Virus record (IMG/VR): IMGVR_UViG_3300023199_000051
Coordinates: 114,165-178,164 of that record
Direction: 5' to 3' (one strand)
Length of the DNA: 64,000 bases
DNA from: a virus
Each line of letters starts with the position of its first letter. Position 1 is the first letter of the stretch. Shown one piece after another: positions 19,585-29,119 of this stretch. Below the pieces are notes generated by a model. The model was not told the origin of the DNA and did no database searches. It worked only from the letters and a program-made list of their open reading frames with translations. Both the position numbers and the translations under genes were made by a program.

Positions 19585-20292
19585 ATGGCCATCGGATCGT
19601 TCAACTTCTCACAGACCACGCCCGCAGGGCTCGGTCTCGACCTCCCGGAGGGGGTCTACGTCACCACCATCAAGGAGATCGAGGACCGCGAAGGCAACAA
19701 CGGCCTCAACGCACGCTTCGCGCTGCAGGTCGACCCTGGTCAGGGAGGCACCGGCGTCATCTTCAAGACGCTGCGCTACCCCAAGGACGCCGAGGACAAG
19801 GTGCTGCCGTTCTGGCTGTCCCTGTTCATGTCGGCCTTCAACAAGACCGAGGAGCACATCAAGCAGGTCGACCTGTCGAGCGTCGACATCGCCCAGGTCC
19901 TGCCGGGTCGCAAGTGCCACGTCCGCTTCAAGCCGGATGCGCGCACCTACACCGACAACGACGGCAAGGAGAAGACCGGATACGACGTCTCGGTCATCTC
20001 TCCGCAGGCCTACCAGGACGGGATCGCCGAGGCTGCTGCAGCTGGCAACGCCGGCATGGGCAGCAATCCGCAGGCGGCCGTGGGCGGCAACGCCGGCGCG
20101 GTCATGCCCAGCACTCAGGCTGGTGCGGCCTTCCAGCAGGCCGGCGGCGCCGGTCAGCCGATGCCCGCCAACGGCGGGGGGCAGGCAGTGGCGCCCGGCG
20201 GGGGCCTCGACGGCCTGATGAACCAGATGGGAGGCCAGTCGGCGGCTGGTAGCCCGCAGGGTGGCGGCGGCCTCCCCCCCGGTCTCGGCTGA
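19585..20292 (+). CDS. Phage single-stranded DNA-binding-like protein (DUF669-like)
   Basis: LPEGVYVTTIKEI N-terminus, G/A/Q-rich tail, position after Sak4-like gene. Confidence 0.6.
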   Translation: MAIGSFNFSQTTPAGLGLDLPEGVYVTTIKEIEDREGNNGLNARFALQVDPGQGGTGVIFKTLRYPKDAEDKVLPFWLSLFMSAFNKTEEHIKQVDLSSVDIAQVLPGRKCHVRFKPDARTYTDNDGKEKTGYDVSVISPQAYQDGIAEAAAAGNAGMGSNPQAAVGGNAGAVMPSTQAGAAFQQAGGAGQPMPANGGGQAVAPGGGLDGLMNQMGGQSAAGSPQGGGGLPPGLG

Positions 20293-20325
20293 TCTGAAGG
20301 CCATCCAGTACAGGTAGGTGAGGAG

Positions 20326-23300
20326 GTGAGCGTGCTCGGTGATGTCAGTCCCGCCGTCCCCTCCTCCCTACCTCTCGACCAACGCGACCCAGCCGTAGGG
20401 GCAACCGACCCCCGCGAGCTGGGTTGCCGCTGTGATGAGTGCTACCTCGGGCGTCAGTTTGCAGCGCTGGGGCACGATGCTCCTGTACTCCCCGAGGTGC
20501 ACAAGCATGATGCCGAAGTGGCCATCATCGCCGAGGCTCCGGGTGCGCAGGAGGAACGACGCAAGCGCCCCCTCATCGGACCATCGGGTCGCGAGTTGAT
20601 GCGCGGGCTGTCGAAGTTCGGTATCGAGCGGCAGGACGTCGTTCTAGACAATGGTCTGATGTGCTTACACGGAGACTCGAAAGTTCTCCTTGGGGATGGC
20701 ACTGCTCGGCCCATCCGACAGCTTGTCGCCGAGAGGTACGACGGCGAGGTGATGTCTGTCGACTCAGAGGGGCAGCTGGTTCGCCGCCGGATCATCGGGT
20801 GGTACCGCAACAAGCGTGCTGGCCGTCGCCTCTTCAAGGTGTCGTCTAGACGGGCCAAAGGGGTCCGTGTTGGTGTAGTAGGGCCCATCGTCACAGAGGA
20901 TCATGAGATCCGCGCAGTGGACGGCAAAGATGGCGGCGTGCGGTGGATCCCAGCGGCTGAGATTGCCATGCGTCCTGATCGCTACTCGGTCTTCACGCGC
21001 GATCCCCGACCGAAAAGTGGCTCGGCAGCAGCGGATGTCGTTGCTGGAAGCCTCCTTGGCGATGGCACTATCTCCAAAGGCAAGCGCTGCATGCAGATCG
21101 GCCACGGGGCTGATCAGGAGGAGTGGCTTCGCCTCAAGCAGCGCGCGCTTGGTGATCTGGCCCAAGACAGGATCACGCGCGTCTCGGCGGACAAGCTCAG
21201 CGGCACCCAGGATGCCCTGTACTTGCGCACAGTGCCAAGCCGGTACTTTGCTGGCTTGCGGCATGATCACTACAACGAAGACAGCACACGCCGAATCCCC
21301 GAGCATTTTTCTCTCACCGCCCGTGCACTGGCAGTCTGGTATCTGGATGATGGGCACCTCCGACTCCGGCAGGGTAGGCGCCCCCGAATCTCCATCAACC
21401 AGACAAAGCTGCAAGGGCCTGATCTAGCGCGGTTGTTGCGTGCGTTAAAGCAGCGCCTCGGGCTGCGAGCTACTACAAGCTCCAAGGGGCGCATCTCCTT
21501 TGATGCCGCGAACACCCAGCGGCTGCTGGGGCTCATTGCCGGGATGGTACCGCCGTGCTTGGAGTACAAGACACTCCCCAAGCTGCGAGGACTGTTCAAC
21601 CCAGACTACTGGCAGCCTTCCACTGCAGTGTCGGTGGCAGATGATCCCATCATCGAGGAGGTTGAACGTCGCGGCACGTCGGTCTTCTGTGTCGACGTCG
21701 AGGAGACGCACAACTTCGTGACTACTGACGTGGTGGTACACAACTGCAGACCTCCCGACAACAAGCTCAAGCGCGTCATGCACGCACACGGCAAGATCAA
21801 GAAGGCCGCAGAGGCGAAGGCCAAGGAGCAGCGGCAAGAGAACAAGAAGCGCCGCAAGCTCGGAATGCCTCAGCTGCCCATTGAGCCGGTTCCGCCCTCC
21901 CCTATCGAGTGCTGCCGCCCCCACATCTTGCAGCGCGCGCAGCATACCCCGAACATCATCGCGCTGGGCGCGACGAGCTTCTACTCGATCACTGGAGAGC
22001 AGAAGGCCATTCGCAAGCTACGGGGGGCCTTCGTCGATCGGTGGCTTGTCGAGGACAAACACGGCAACCTCGACGTGTGGAAGCCTCCTTCCAGCCTCCC
22101 GCAAGACGGGATCGCTGCCGCTACCCCAGAGGGCGCACAGCACCTCCGCATCGTCCCCACGCTCCATCCAGCCTACGTGCTGCGCTCACCTGCGTGGCGT
22201 GAAGCCTTCCAGCAGGACATCGGCCGCTTTGTGCGGTGGATGAAGGGGGAGCTGGAGTGGAAGGAGCCATGGCTTGTCGTCAAGCCCAACTACCAACAGC
22301 TCAAGGATTGGCTGTACAGCGCCGATGTGTCTTGGCACGCGACAGATGCCGAGACAGATCCGGTCGGCCGCCCAATGATCGGCAAGGACGGCAGGCAGCA
22401 CGGGCCGGCACCTATCGTGCCTCAGATGCGGTGCCTGTGCTTCTCCTCTCCAGAAGGGAGCATGGTGGTCCCCTTCCGGTCCATCCGCTTCGTCGAGAAC
22501 GAAGCGGGGGTGTCGACAGGGCACTACCGATGGCTCGGGCGACGGGGAGACGAGCAGTTCACCTTCTACCCCCAGGCCGAGGCCCAGGCCATCTGGGAGC
22601 TGATCCGGCACTGGCTCATGGACCCGAGCCGGTTGAAGGTAGGCCACAACAGCCGGTACTTCGACGCCGCCGTCTACGTCAACGAGTTTGACCTGCCCGG
22701 ACCGCCCGCCAACCACATCGACACCATCATCATGTTTCGGGCTTACAACTCAGAGATCACGCGCGACCTGTACACGCTCGGGACAATGATGACCGATGTG
22801 CCCTCCTGGAAGGGAGGCGACAGCGGCAGTGTTGCCCTCAACACCAGGTCCGACATGGACCTGTGGGAATACAACGGCGTCGACGGAGCGGTCACCGCTC
22901 GGTGCGCGAAGAAGCTGCTACCGCATGTTCACCGCCGGCAGCAGCAATCCGTCGTCGAGATGGACTTCCAGGTACAGGAGATCGCGCGCGGCATGAAGCG
23001 CCTGGGCATGTACGTCGACGAGGACAAGCGGAAGGAGCTGGAAGCAGGCCTGCAAGGCCAGAAGCGAGCGCACCGTGGCCGCATCAAGGACATCGTTGGC
23101 TCCAGCGACTTCAACCCCAACAGCTTTCCACAGGTCGGCCGCCTGCTCTACGAGGACTGGAAGCTGCCTATACTCGGTGTGTCCGAGGACACGGGGGAGC
23201 CGTCAACCGATGACGACACGCTGCGAGCCCTCATCCACGCCAAGGTACTCGATGAACAGCAGGAGGAGATGGTTCTAGAACTGCGGCGGCTCCGCAAGGT

Positions 23301-25287
23301 GAGCAAGGAGCTGTCCACCTACGTCACGAAGCTGCGCCCCTGGAACGACTACCGCAAGAACAGCAAAGGCAAGCTCGTCGGTGGTCTGGTGGGCCCGGAC
23401 GGCCGGGTGCATCCCGACTACAATGTACACACACCCTCAACTGGCCGATTGTCCAGTTCAAACCCTAATTGCTTTGATGCGGAAACGGAGATCCTGACCA
23501 GCAAGGGATGGGTACGCTTCGACCAACTGCTTGAAGAGCACCGGAAGGGGGAGGCCCATCAGGTAGCTCAGTGGAGCCTAGACGACGAGCAGATCAGCTT
23601 CGTAGCACCCGAGGCGTACCACGAGCATGACTATGACGGTGACATGGTGCAGCTGCAGCACCAGTCCGCCGACCTGTTGATGACCGGCAACCACCGAATA
23701 CCCTTGCGAAACAGGAAAACGGGCAAGGTGAAAACGGTACATGCGATTGACATACCTCGCCCCAAGCGGTCCCCGTCCGACTGGCAGACGGTGCACGCGG
23801 GCCACTATGCAGGCGGGAAGGGCCTTGACCTGACTGAAGATGAAGTGCGCTTCCTTGTTGCGGTGCAAGCTGATGCCCACATCAGGAAGGATGGATACGG
23901 CCTGGACTTCGGGTTCTCTAAACCACGGAAGATCAATCGCATACGGAGTCTGCTCCGCATGCTGGGCTACAACTTTTCGGAGTACCCAGGGGAAGACCGG
24001 ACACGCTTCTACGTCCCGCTGTGCTATCGGCTAGAGCGGCTACTGAAGTGGCTTGGCCCCAAGAAGACCTTTGGCCCGTGGGTTCTCGACTTGTCCCGCG
24101 GCCAGTTGGACGTCATGCTTGAGGAGGCCTGGTTCTGGGATGGCTGCTACACGCGTAAGAGCCAGTTTGCCAGCTCGATCAAAGGAAACGCCGACTGGGT
24201 GCAGACCGCTATCGCCCTCTCTGGAGTTCGGGCCAATCAACGAGTGTACCTCGGGAGCGTCAGCCCCAGCTACCAGGTAGATGTAAAACGGAGGAAGTAC
24301 AACGCCATCACGCACAAGGCAGTCGTAGAGACCAGCCACTACACCGGCAAGGTCTACTGCGTCACCGTTCCGAGCAGCTACATCGTTGTTCGGCGCCAGG
24401 GCAAGATCACCATTACCGGCCAGTCACAAAACTTTCCGAAGCATCTTCGGTCTATGATCATCCCGGCTCCAGGGCACTGCTTCGTGGGCGCCGACTACGA
24501 CCAGATCGAGCTGCGGCTGATCTGTGCTTTGGCGGGGGTCGAGAGCTACCTGGCTACCTTCCGCGGGGGTGGCGATCCGCACGCGGTGACCGCGCTGCTC
24601 ATCTACGGCGACATCTTCAAGGCCGAGCTGCGGAAGTCCCTGACGCGTGGTGAGTGGGCCTTCTACCAGAAGACGGGGGCGCCACCGAAGGCGCAGGACG
24701 AGAACGCTACCGACATGTACGTGTCGCTTCGGAGGTTCGCCAAGACCTTCGTGTACGCCGTCATCTATGGCGGATCGGCGCAGACTATCTACAACTCGGT
24801 GTCTGCGGCTGAGGACGACAATGGCAACCTGCTCTTCCCTGACATGAAGCTGGGTGAGGTCAAGGCGTCGTACCGCTCCTGGATGCGCAACGCGAAGGAG
24901 ATTCCCGCCTACTGGGACACGCTGACCACCTTCGCCAACAAGCACAAGTACCTCGTGGAGCCCATCGGAGGCCGGCGCCGTGACTTCTACAACCCCCGTC
25001 ACGAGCGCAACGAGATCCTGAACTTCCCCATCCAAGGGGGTGCCGGCATCATCATGGGCCGGGGCCTCATCAAGCTCGTTGATGTGATGCCCTTCGACTT
25101 CGCGGGCGAGTTTACGGGCGTGGTCAATCAGTGTCACGACGCGGTGACCTGTGAAGCACCGGATCGGGACCGCGACATCCGACTCGCCCGAGAGCGCATC
25201 CAGGAGAGCCTGGAGTGTGAGCATGGCGGCATGCACTACACGGCCGAGGCGAGCAAGGCTGTCTACACCTGGAAGGAGGCTGCATGA
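20326..25287 (+). CDS. polA: Uracil-DNA glycosylase (family 4)-DNA polymerase A fusion with two inteins
   Basis: UDG: AEAPGAQE, GPSG, CRPP, LHPAYVLR; exo: DAETD, GHNSRYFD, YNGVD; pol: TGRLSSSNPN/SQNFP, ADYDQIELR, RRFAKTFVYAVIYG, CHDA. Confidence 0.93.
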   Translation: MSVLGDVSPAVPSSLPLDQRDPAVGATDPRELGCRCDECYLGRQFAALGHDAPVLPEVHKHDAEVAIIAEAPGAQEERRKRPLIGPSGRELMRGLSKFGIERQDVVLDNGLMCLHGDSKVLLGDGTARPIRQLVAERYDGEVMSVDSEGQLVRRRIIGWYRNKRAGRRLFKVSSRRAKGVRVGVVGPIVTEDHEIRAVDGKDGGVRWIPAAEIAMRPDRYSVFTRDPRPKSGSAAADVVAGSLLGDGTISKGKRCMQIGHGADQEEWLRLKQRALGDLAQDRITRVSADKLSGTQDALYLRTVPSRYFAGLRHDHYNEDSTRRIPEHFSLTARALAVWYLDDGHLRLRQGRRPRISINQTKLQGPDLARLLRALKQRLGLRATTSSKGRISFDAANTQRLLGLIAGMVPPCLEYKTLPKLRGLFNPDYWQPSTAVSVADDPIIEEVERRGTSVFCVDVEETHNFVTTDVVVHNCRPPDNKLKRVMHAHGKIKKAAEAKAKEQRQENKKRRKLGMPQLPIEPVPPSPIECCRPHILQRAQHTPNIIALGATSFYSITGEQKAIRKLRGAFVDRWLVEDKHGNLDVWKPPSSLPQDGIAAATPEGAQHLRIVPTLHPAYVLRSPAWREAFQQDIGRFVRWMKGELEWKEPWLVVKPNYQQLKDWLYSADVSWHATDAETDPVGRPMIGKDGRQHGPAPIVPQMRCLCFSSPEGSMVVPFRSIRFVENEAGVSTGHYRWLGRRGDEQFTFYPQAEAQAIWELIRHWLMDPSRLKVGHNSRYFDAAVYVNEFDLPGPPANHIDTIIMFRAYNSEITRDLYTLGTMMTDVPSWKGGDSGSVALNTRSDMDLWEYNGVDGAVTARCAKKLLPHVHRRQQQSVVEMDFQVQEIARGMKRLGMYVDEDKRKELEAGLQGQKRAHRGRIKDIVGSSDFNPNSFPQVGRLLYEDWKLPILGVSEDTGEPSTDDDTLRALIHAKVLDEQQEEMVLELRRLRKVSKELSTYVTKLRPWNDYRKNSKGKLVGGLVGPDGRVHPDYNVHTPSTGRLSSSNPNCFDAETEILTSKGWVRFDQLLEEHRKGEAHQVAQWSLDDEQISFVAPEAYHEHDYDGDMVQLQHQSADLLMTGNHRIPLRNRKTGKVKTVHAIDIPRPKRSPSDWQTVHAGHYAGGKGLDLTEDEVRFLVAVQADAHIRKDGYGLDFGFSKPRKINRIRSLLRMLGYNFSEYPGEDRTRFYVPLCYRLERLLKWLGPKKTFGPWVLDLSRGQLDVMLEEAWFWDGCYTRKSQFASSIKGNADWVQTAIALSGVRANQRVYLGSVSPSYQVDVKRRKYNAITHKAVVETSHYTGKVYCVTVPSSYIVVRRQGKITITGQSQNFPKHLRSMIIPAPGHCFVGADYDQIELRLICALAGVESYLATFRGGGDPHAVTALLIYGDIFKAELRKSLTRGEWAFYQKTGAPPKAQDENATDMYVSLRRFAKTFVYAVIYGGSAQTIYNSVSAAEDDNGNLLFPDMKLGEVKASYRSWMRNAKEIPAYWDTLTTFANKHKYLVEPIGGRRRDFYNPRHERNEILNFPIQGGAGIIMGRGLIKLVDVMPFDFAGEFTGVVNQCHDAVTCEAPDRDRDIRLARERIQESLECEHGGMHYTAEASKAVYTWKEAA
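20662..21744 (+). mobile_element. Intein 1 (361 aa, LAGLIDADG) in the UDG domain
   Basis: Starts CLHGDSKVLL, ends HNFVTTDVVVHN, +1 Cys of CRPP; GSLLGDG and WYLDDG motifs. Confidence 0.9.
23470..24423 (+). mobile_element. Intein 2 (318 aa, Gln-terminated) in the polymerase domain
   Basis: Starts CFDAETEILT, ends VYCVTVPS...ITITGQ, +1 Ser restores NPN-SQNFP; degenerate LAGLIDADG motifs (VQADA, WFWDG). Confidence 0.88.
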
Positions 25288-25775
25288 CAGGCGCCGGCTT
25301 CTTCGTACAGCTGAGGCACTTCCGGCCCATTCCCGGTTTCCAGGGGTACTGGGTCTCCCACGACGGCCACGTCTTCAGCACCCGAAGTGGAGGGCGAGGG
25401 CACGGGCCCCGCCTTCAGTTTCTTACCCAGCGCCCCCACCCGCGCACGGGCCACATGCGCGTTGACCTCAAGGGAGACGCTGGGGCGCGGTACACCATCC
25501 AGGTGCAGCGCCTGGTAGCTTGGGCGTGGCTCGGGCCACAGCCCGAGGGCTCCATCGTGGCACACTGGGACGGAGACGAGGTGAACAACGCCTGCCTCAA
25601 CCTCTACTACGCCACGCACTCGGACAACGCACTTGACCGGGAGCACCACGCACGGGGTGATAGTGAGGCGCGTTCCGAGCGCGAGCTGCACGACTACTTC
25701 AGCATCGCTGACTACGACGACACCACTTGGCTCGAAGGAGTCGAGTACGAACCAGATCCGCGGTGGGGATTCTGA
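25284..25775 (+). CDS. NUMOD4-HNH homing endonuclease-like protein
   Basis: FRPIPGFQGYWVSHDG; VQRLVAWAW...VAHWDGDEVNNACLNL. Confidence 0.8.
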   Translation: MTGAGFFVQLRHFRPIPGFQGYWVSHDGHVFSTRSGGRGHGPRLQFLTQRPHPRTGHMRVDLKGDAGARYTIQVQRLVAWAWLGPQPEGSIVAHWDGDEVNNACLNLYYATHSDNALDREHHARGDSEARSERELHDYFSIADYDDTTWLEGVEYEPDPRWGF

Positions 25776-25826
25776 TGAATCCTGCACCGCTCTGCGACTT
25801 GAACACGGCACCACGGAGACCGCACC

Positions 25827-26678
25827 ATGCCCTCTACTGACACCCAGCACCACATCGACGCCGAAGCCTGCGCTTACAAGCGCGCAGGGCCGACCCCTCT
25901 CATGTACGACGTGCAGCAGCAGGTGTTCCGCCTGCCAAAGACCACCTGGGACTACCTGGTCGGCACCGACGAGGTGGATATCTACTGGCTCGACTTCACC
26001 CTGACCGATCACAACAGAACCTTCCGAGCGGACGCCGGCTTTGCAGCGGAACACGTGCAGATGTCGGGAGACTATGTCCTCTTCCCGGCACGGTGCTTCA
26101 AGCAGTACGGAGAGCAAGCGCAGCTCCCCAACGTCCGGGGTCCCGAGCTGCGCGTGTTCTTGGCTACTCCAAAGGGGTGGGGTGAGGATCTGCAGGGCTG
26201 TGCTGTGCGGCGGCTGGGCAGCTACCTTCAGGACACGCATGCGCCAGCTGGCAAGCTCATCCGCGTGGTGACCGGGTATGAGGACTGGCAACACCGCAAC
26301 GGACACATCAGCAAGCCAGGCAAGCATGTGTGGAACCAGTGGCCCATCGACGTAGCAGCAGGCACCGTGAGCGGTCGGGAGCCCTTCGTCGGGAAAGAGG
26401 CGATGCGGGGAGATCCCACCTACCATGTCTTCGTCGTCCCGGTCGAGCCGAATGACCACGGCCGCCTGGACAGCCACGTAGGGATGGCGGCGGCCCAGAT
26501 CGTCACGCACGCACTGAAGCTCGGGAAGCCGGTCTTCGTGTGGCGCGCGCCCGAGAGCCCTGATGATGACCTGCCCGACAGTGAGCTGGACAAGCTCAGC
26601 ACGGTGAAGGAGGTCAGAAGGGACCACGACGAGAACCTGTACACACGGGGCCATGAGCTTGTCTTGGTGGGCACCTGA
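25827..26678 (+). CDS. Hypothetical protein
   Basis: 283-aa ORF with GGAG RBS. Confidence 0.6.
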   Translation: MPSTDTQHHIDAEACAYKRAGPTPLMYDVQQQVFRLPKTTWDYLVGTDEVDIYWLDFTLTDHNRTFRADAGFAAEHVQMSGDYVLFPARCFKQYGEQAQLPNVRGPELRVFLATPKGWGEDLQGCAVRRLGSYLQDTHAPAGKLIRVVTGYEDWQHRNGHISKPGKHVWNQWPIDVAAGTVSGREPFVGKEAMRGDPTYHVFVVPVEPNDHGRLDSHVGMAAAQIVTHALKLGKPVFVWRAPESPDDDLPDSELDKLSTVKEVRRDHDENLYTRGHELVLVGT

Positions 26679-26716
26679 TCCCGTAGTGGTACCAGCGGAC
26701 CCGATGTGCTACAACG

Positions 26717-26737
26717 CTTGTAGCCTGTGGTACTACA
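26717..26737. promoter_or_regulatory. Copy of conserved operator motif (TGTAG-N9-CTACA palindrome)
   Basis: Minus strand reads TGTAGTACCACAGGCTACAAG; upstream of Cro-like gene. Confidence 0.65.
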
Positions 26738-26797
26738 TGGGCAACACCCACCGACTGAACACGCGCACATGGAGACAAGCAGAAGGATGATGACTAC

Positions 26798-26998
26798 ATG
26801 CCTACAGACAACACCGAGGATGCGCGGGAGATCGTCAAGGTCCTCCGCGACCGAGGATGGACTGCCCAGGACTTCGCGCGCGAGACAGGGGCTTCCCTCC
26901 GCACCGCGTATCGGTGGATCCGAGGGGATCGTCAGATCTTCTCGGCCTACCAACGCGCACTACGCGATGTCGCACAGCGGGAAGGACTCGCCGCGTAG
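26798..26998 (+). CDS. Small Cro-like HTH regulator
   Basis: LRDRGWTAQDFARETGASLRTAYRWIRG. Confidence 0.75.
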   Translation: MPTDNTEDAREIVKVLRDRGWTAQDFARETGASLRTAYRWIRGDRQIFSAYQRALRDVAQREGLAA

Positions 26999-27009
26999 GG
27001 AGGTGTCCT

Positions 27010-29052
27010 GTGGCTAAGCGGGAGACCACCTACATCCACCGCGTGGAGACCAATCTCCTCGCCGGTGTCGGACGTCCTGAAGCGCTCGACCTGACCGAGA
27101 TGACACTGCTCCATGGTGAGAATGGAGTTGGTAAGTCGCGTATTCTGTACGCACTGTCGCTGGGCCTCGAAGGCGTCGCAGACGACTTCATGGGCAAGAC
27201 CAAGCCAGTCAAAACCAGCGCGGATCTGGTGCACCTCATCCCGCCAGGAGAGGACCAGCTCGAAGTGGTGCTCCACTTCCGCGGAGGCGACCTCGAAGGC
27301 AAGGAGGCTTCCTTCCGCATCAACGCTGAAGGGGGCAAGGCGCGTCGGCCGGACGGGCCGCACGTCCCATCGCTACTGCGTGGTAGCGAGTGGTTGATGC
27401 CCGTCCGCCGCATCGCAAGCTGGCTGCGCAAGAGCCCGAACAGCGCACGGGCCAAGTTCCTGCCCTACGTGGTCTCGGGAGTCAGCTCCGAGGACATTCG
27501 GCGCAAGCTGCCCGAGATGTACGAGGCCCCCGAGCAGACCGGGGGCAAGGCACCGGAGAGCATCGACGAGCTGGTCACCATGATCGACCTGGCCTCGAAG
27601 CGCATCAAGCGGGAGGGTGACCGTGCCCGCGAGCTGGGGCAGCAAGCCGAGCAGCAGGGCCAGGTACTCGACCCCGAACCCACCGACGCCCAGCTCGAAG
27701 AGGCAGAGGCAGCTGTGTCAGCAGCACAGACTGTGCTGGCGCAGAGCGGCCACGCTGCACTGCAGCAGCAGCTCGCTGCGGCCAAGCAGGAGCTGGCGGG
27801 TGTCGAGAGCCAGATCGACCAGGTAGCTCCGAAGCCGCAAGAGCCGGACCCACAGATGGTGAAGCTGCAGCAGCTCGTCCGAGAGGGCGCCCAGCTGCGG
27901 GAGAAGCTGATGGCGGCTGGTATGGACCTCAACACGGTCACCGGACTGCCCATGAGCACGCCCGAGGCCCAAGCCGGCATTCAGAAGATGCACAACGTGC
28001 AGGCCAACCTCACCGGCCAGCTCACGTCCTACAACACCGCACAGTCCAAGCGCCAACGTGCAGAGGGCATCCTGCGGCAGAAGAAGGACACCGTGGCGAA
28101 CCTGGAGCGCATGCTCCAGGCGCAAGGTGCTTCACCGGGACAGGCAGCTGTGCCACGAAGGCAAGCTGAGCAGAACCTCGAAGCGGCCAACAACCTGCTC
28201 CGGTCTCTCCGGGATCTACGGGCGAAGTACGAGAGCGCTCGCAGTGTGAAAGATGATGCCGCGGAGGCCAGCACGCTCAAGGAGTGGTGGTCGGGGTACA
28301 AGAAGGCCCTCGAAGGGGTGGTCGAGGAGCTGATCGAGGCAGCTGTCGACGACTTCTGTACGGGTGTGCAGCGGTACCTCCCTCCACAGTACACCTTCCA
28401 CCTCTCCCTGCGCGACGACAACGGCCGACAGGTGTTCCGCCTCGGCTTGGAACATGAAGGCCACCTGTACACGCACCTGTCAGGTGCACAGCGTGCGCTG
28501 GCCTACTTCGCGCTCACCGCGGCGGTACTCGACCGGCTTCCCGGCGGGCCGCCTCCCTTCGCGCTGTTCACGCTCCCCGAAGAGCGCGCCCTGTCCCGCC
28601 GGCACCTCAAGTACCTGATGCGGGCATTCGCCAAGGTCAAGACGTCGTTCCCCTACCAGATCATCATCGGGAACATCGTCCGGCAGCGCGGCCAGTCGCT
28701 CCAGCCGTGGTCAGTGATCGACCTCGACGAGATCCGCAAGAAGGCCAAGAAGGCCCTCGAAGCGAAAGGAGAAGAGGAAGAAGGCGAAGCTGGTGATGAC
28801 GCCGAAGACGCCGAAGACGCCGAAGACACCAGCGACGACGCGGGTGGTGACAGCGGAGATGGCGGCGACAGCGTCAAGGGCAACAGTGAGGCAGCTGCGA
28901 TGCCGAAGGCGCCGGCTGGCACAGCTGCAGAGGCGCTGAAGGGCGAAGGTGAAGGGAGCCCTGCTCCTACGAATGGTGCTGGCAGCCCGCCGGTTACCAT
29001 GACCATCGACGAGATCACGAGCGCGATGGAACAGTCCATCAACGACCTCTAG
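27010..29052 (+). CDS. Rad50/SbcC-like ABC-ATPase coiled-coil protein
   Basis: LLHGENGVGKS, central coiled coil, LSGAQR signature, degenerate Walker B, acidic tail. Confidence 0.78.
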   Translation: MAKRETTYIHRVETNLLAGVGRPEALDLTEMTLLHGENGVGKSRILYALSLGLEGVADDFMGKTKPVKTSADLVHLIPPGEDQLEVVLHFRGGDLEGKEASFRINAEGGKARRPDGPHVPSLLRGSEWLMPVRRIASWLRKSPNSARAKFLPYVVSGVSSEDIRRKLPEMYEAPEQTGGKAPESIDELVTMIDLASKRIKREGDRARELGQQAEQQGQVLDPEPTDAQLEEAEAAVSAAQTVLAQSGHAALQQQLAAAKQELAGVESQIDQVAPKPQEPDPQMVKLQQLVREGAQLREKLMAAGMDLNTVTGLPMSTPEAQAGIQKMHNVQANLTGQLTSYNTAQSKRQRAEGILRQKKDTVANLERMLQAQGASPGQAAVPRRQAEQNLEAANNLLRSLRDLRAKYESARSVKDDAAEASTLKEWWSGYKKALEGVVEELIEAAVDDFCTGVQRYLPPQYTFHLSLRDDNGRQVFRLGLEHEGHLYTHLSGAQRALAYFALTAAVLDRLPGGPPPFALFTLPEERALSRRHLKYLMRAFAKVKTSFPYQIIIGNIVRQRGQSLQPWSVIDLDEIRKKAKKALEAKGEEEEGEAGDDAEDAEDAEDTSDDAGGDSGDGGDSVKGNSEAAAMPKAPAGTAAEALKGEGEGSPAPTNGAGSPPVTMTIDEITSAMEQSINDL

Positions 29053-29119
29053 ACACTGCCATGAAGGGCTCGCTCTAAGGTGATACCTTGGGGCGAGCCT
29101 TCCCTTTGGAGACTGCTAC

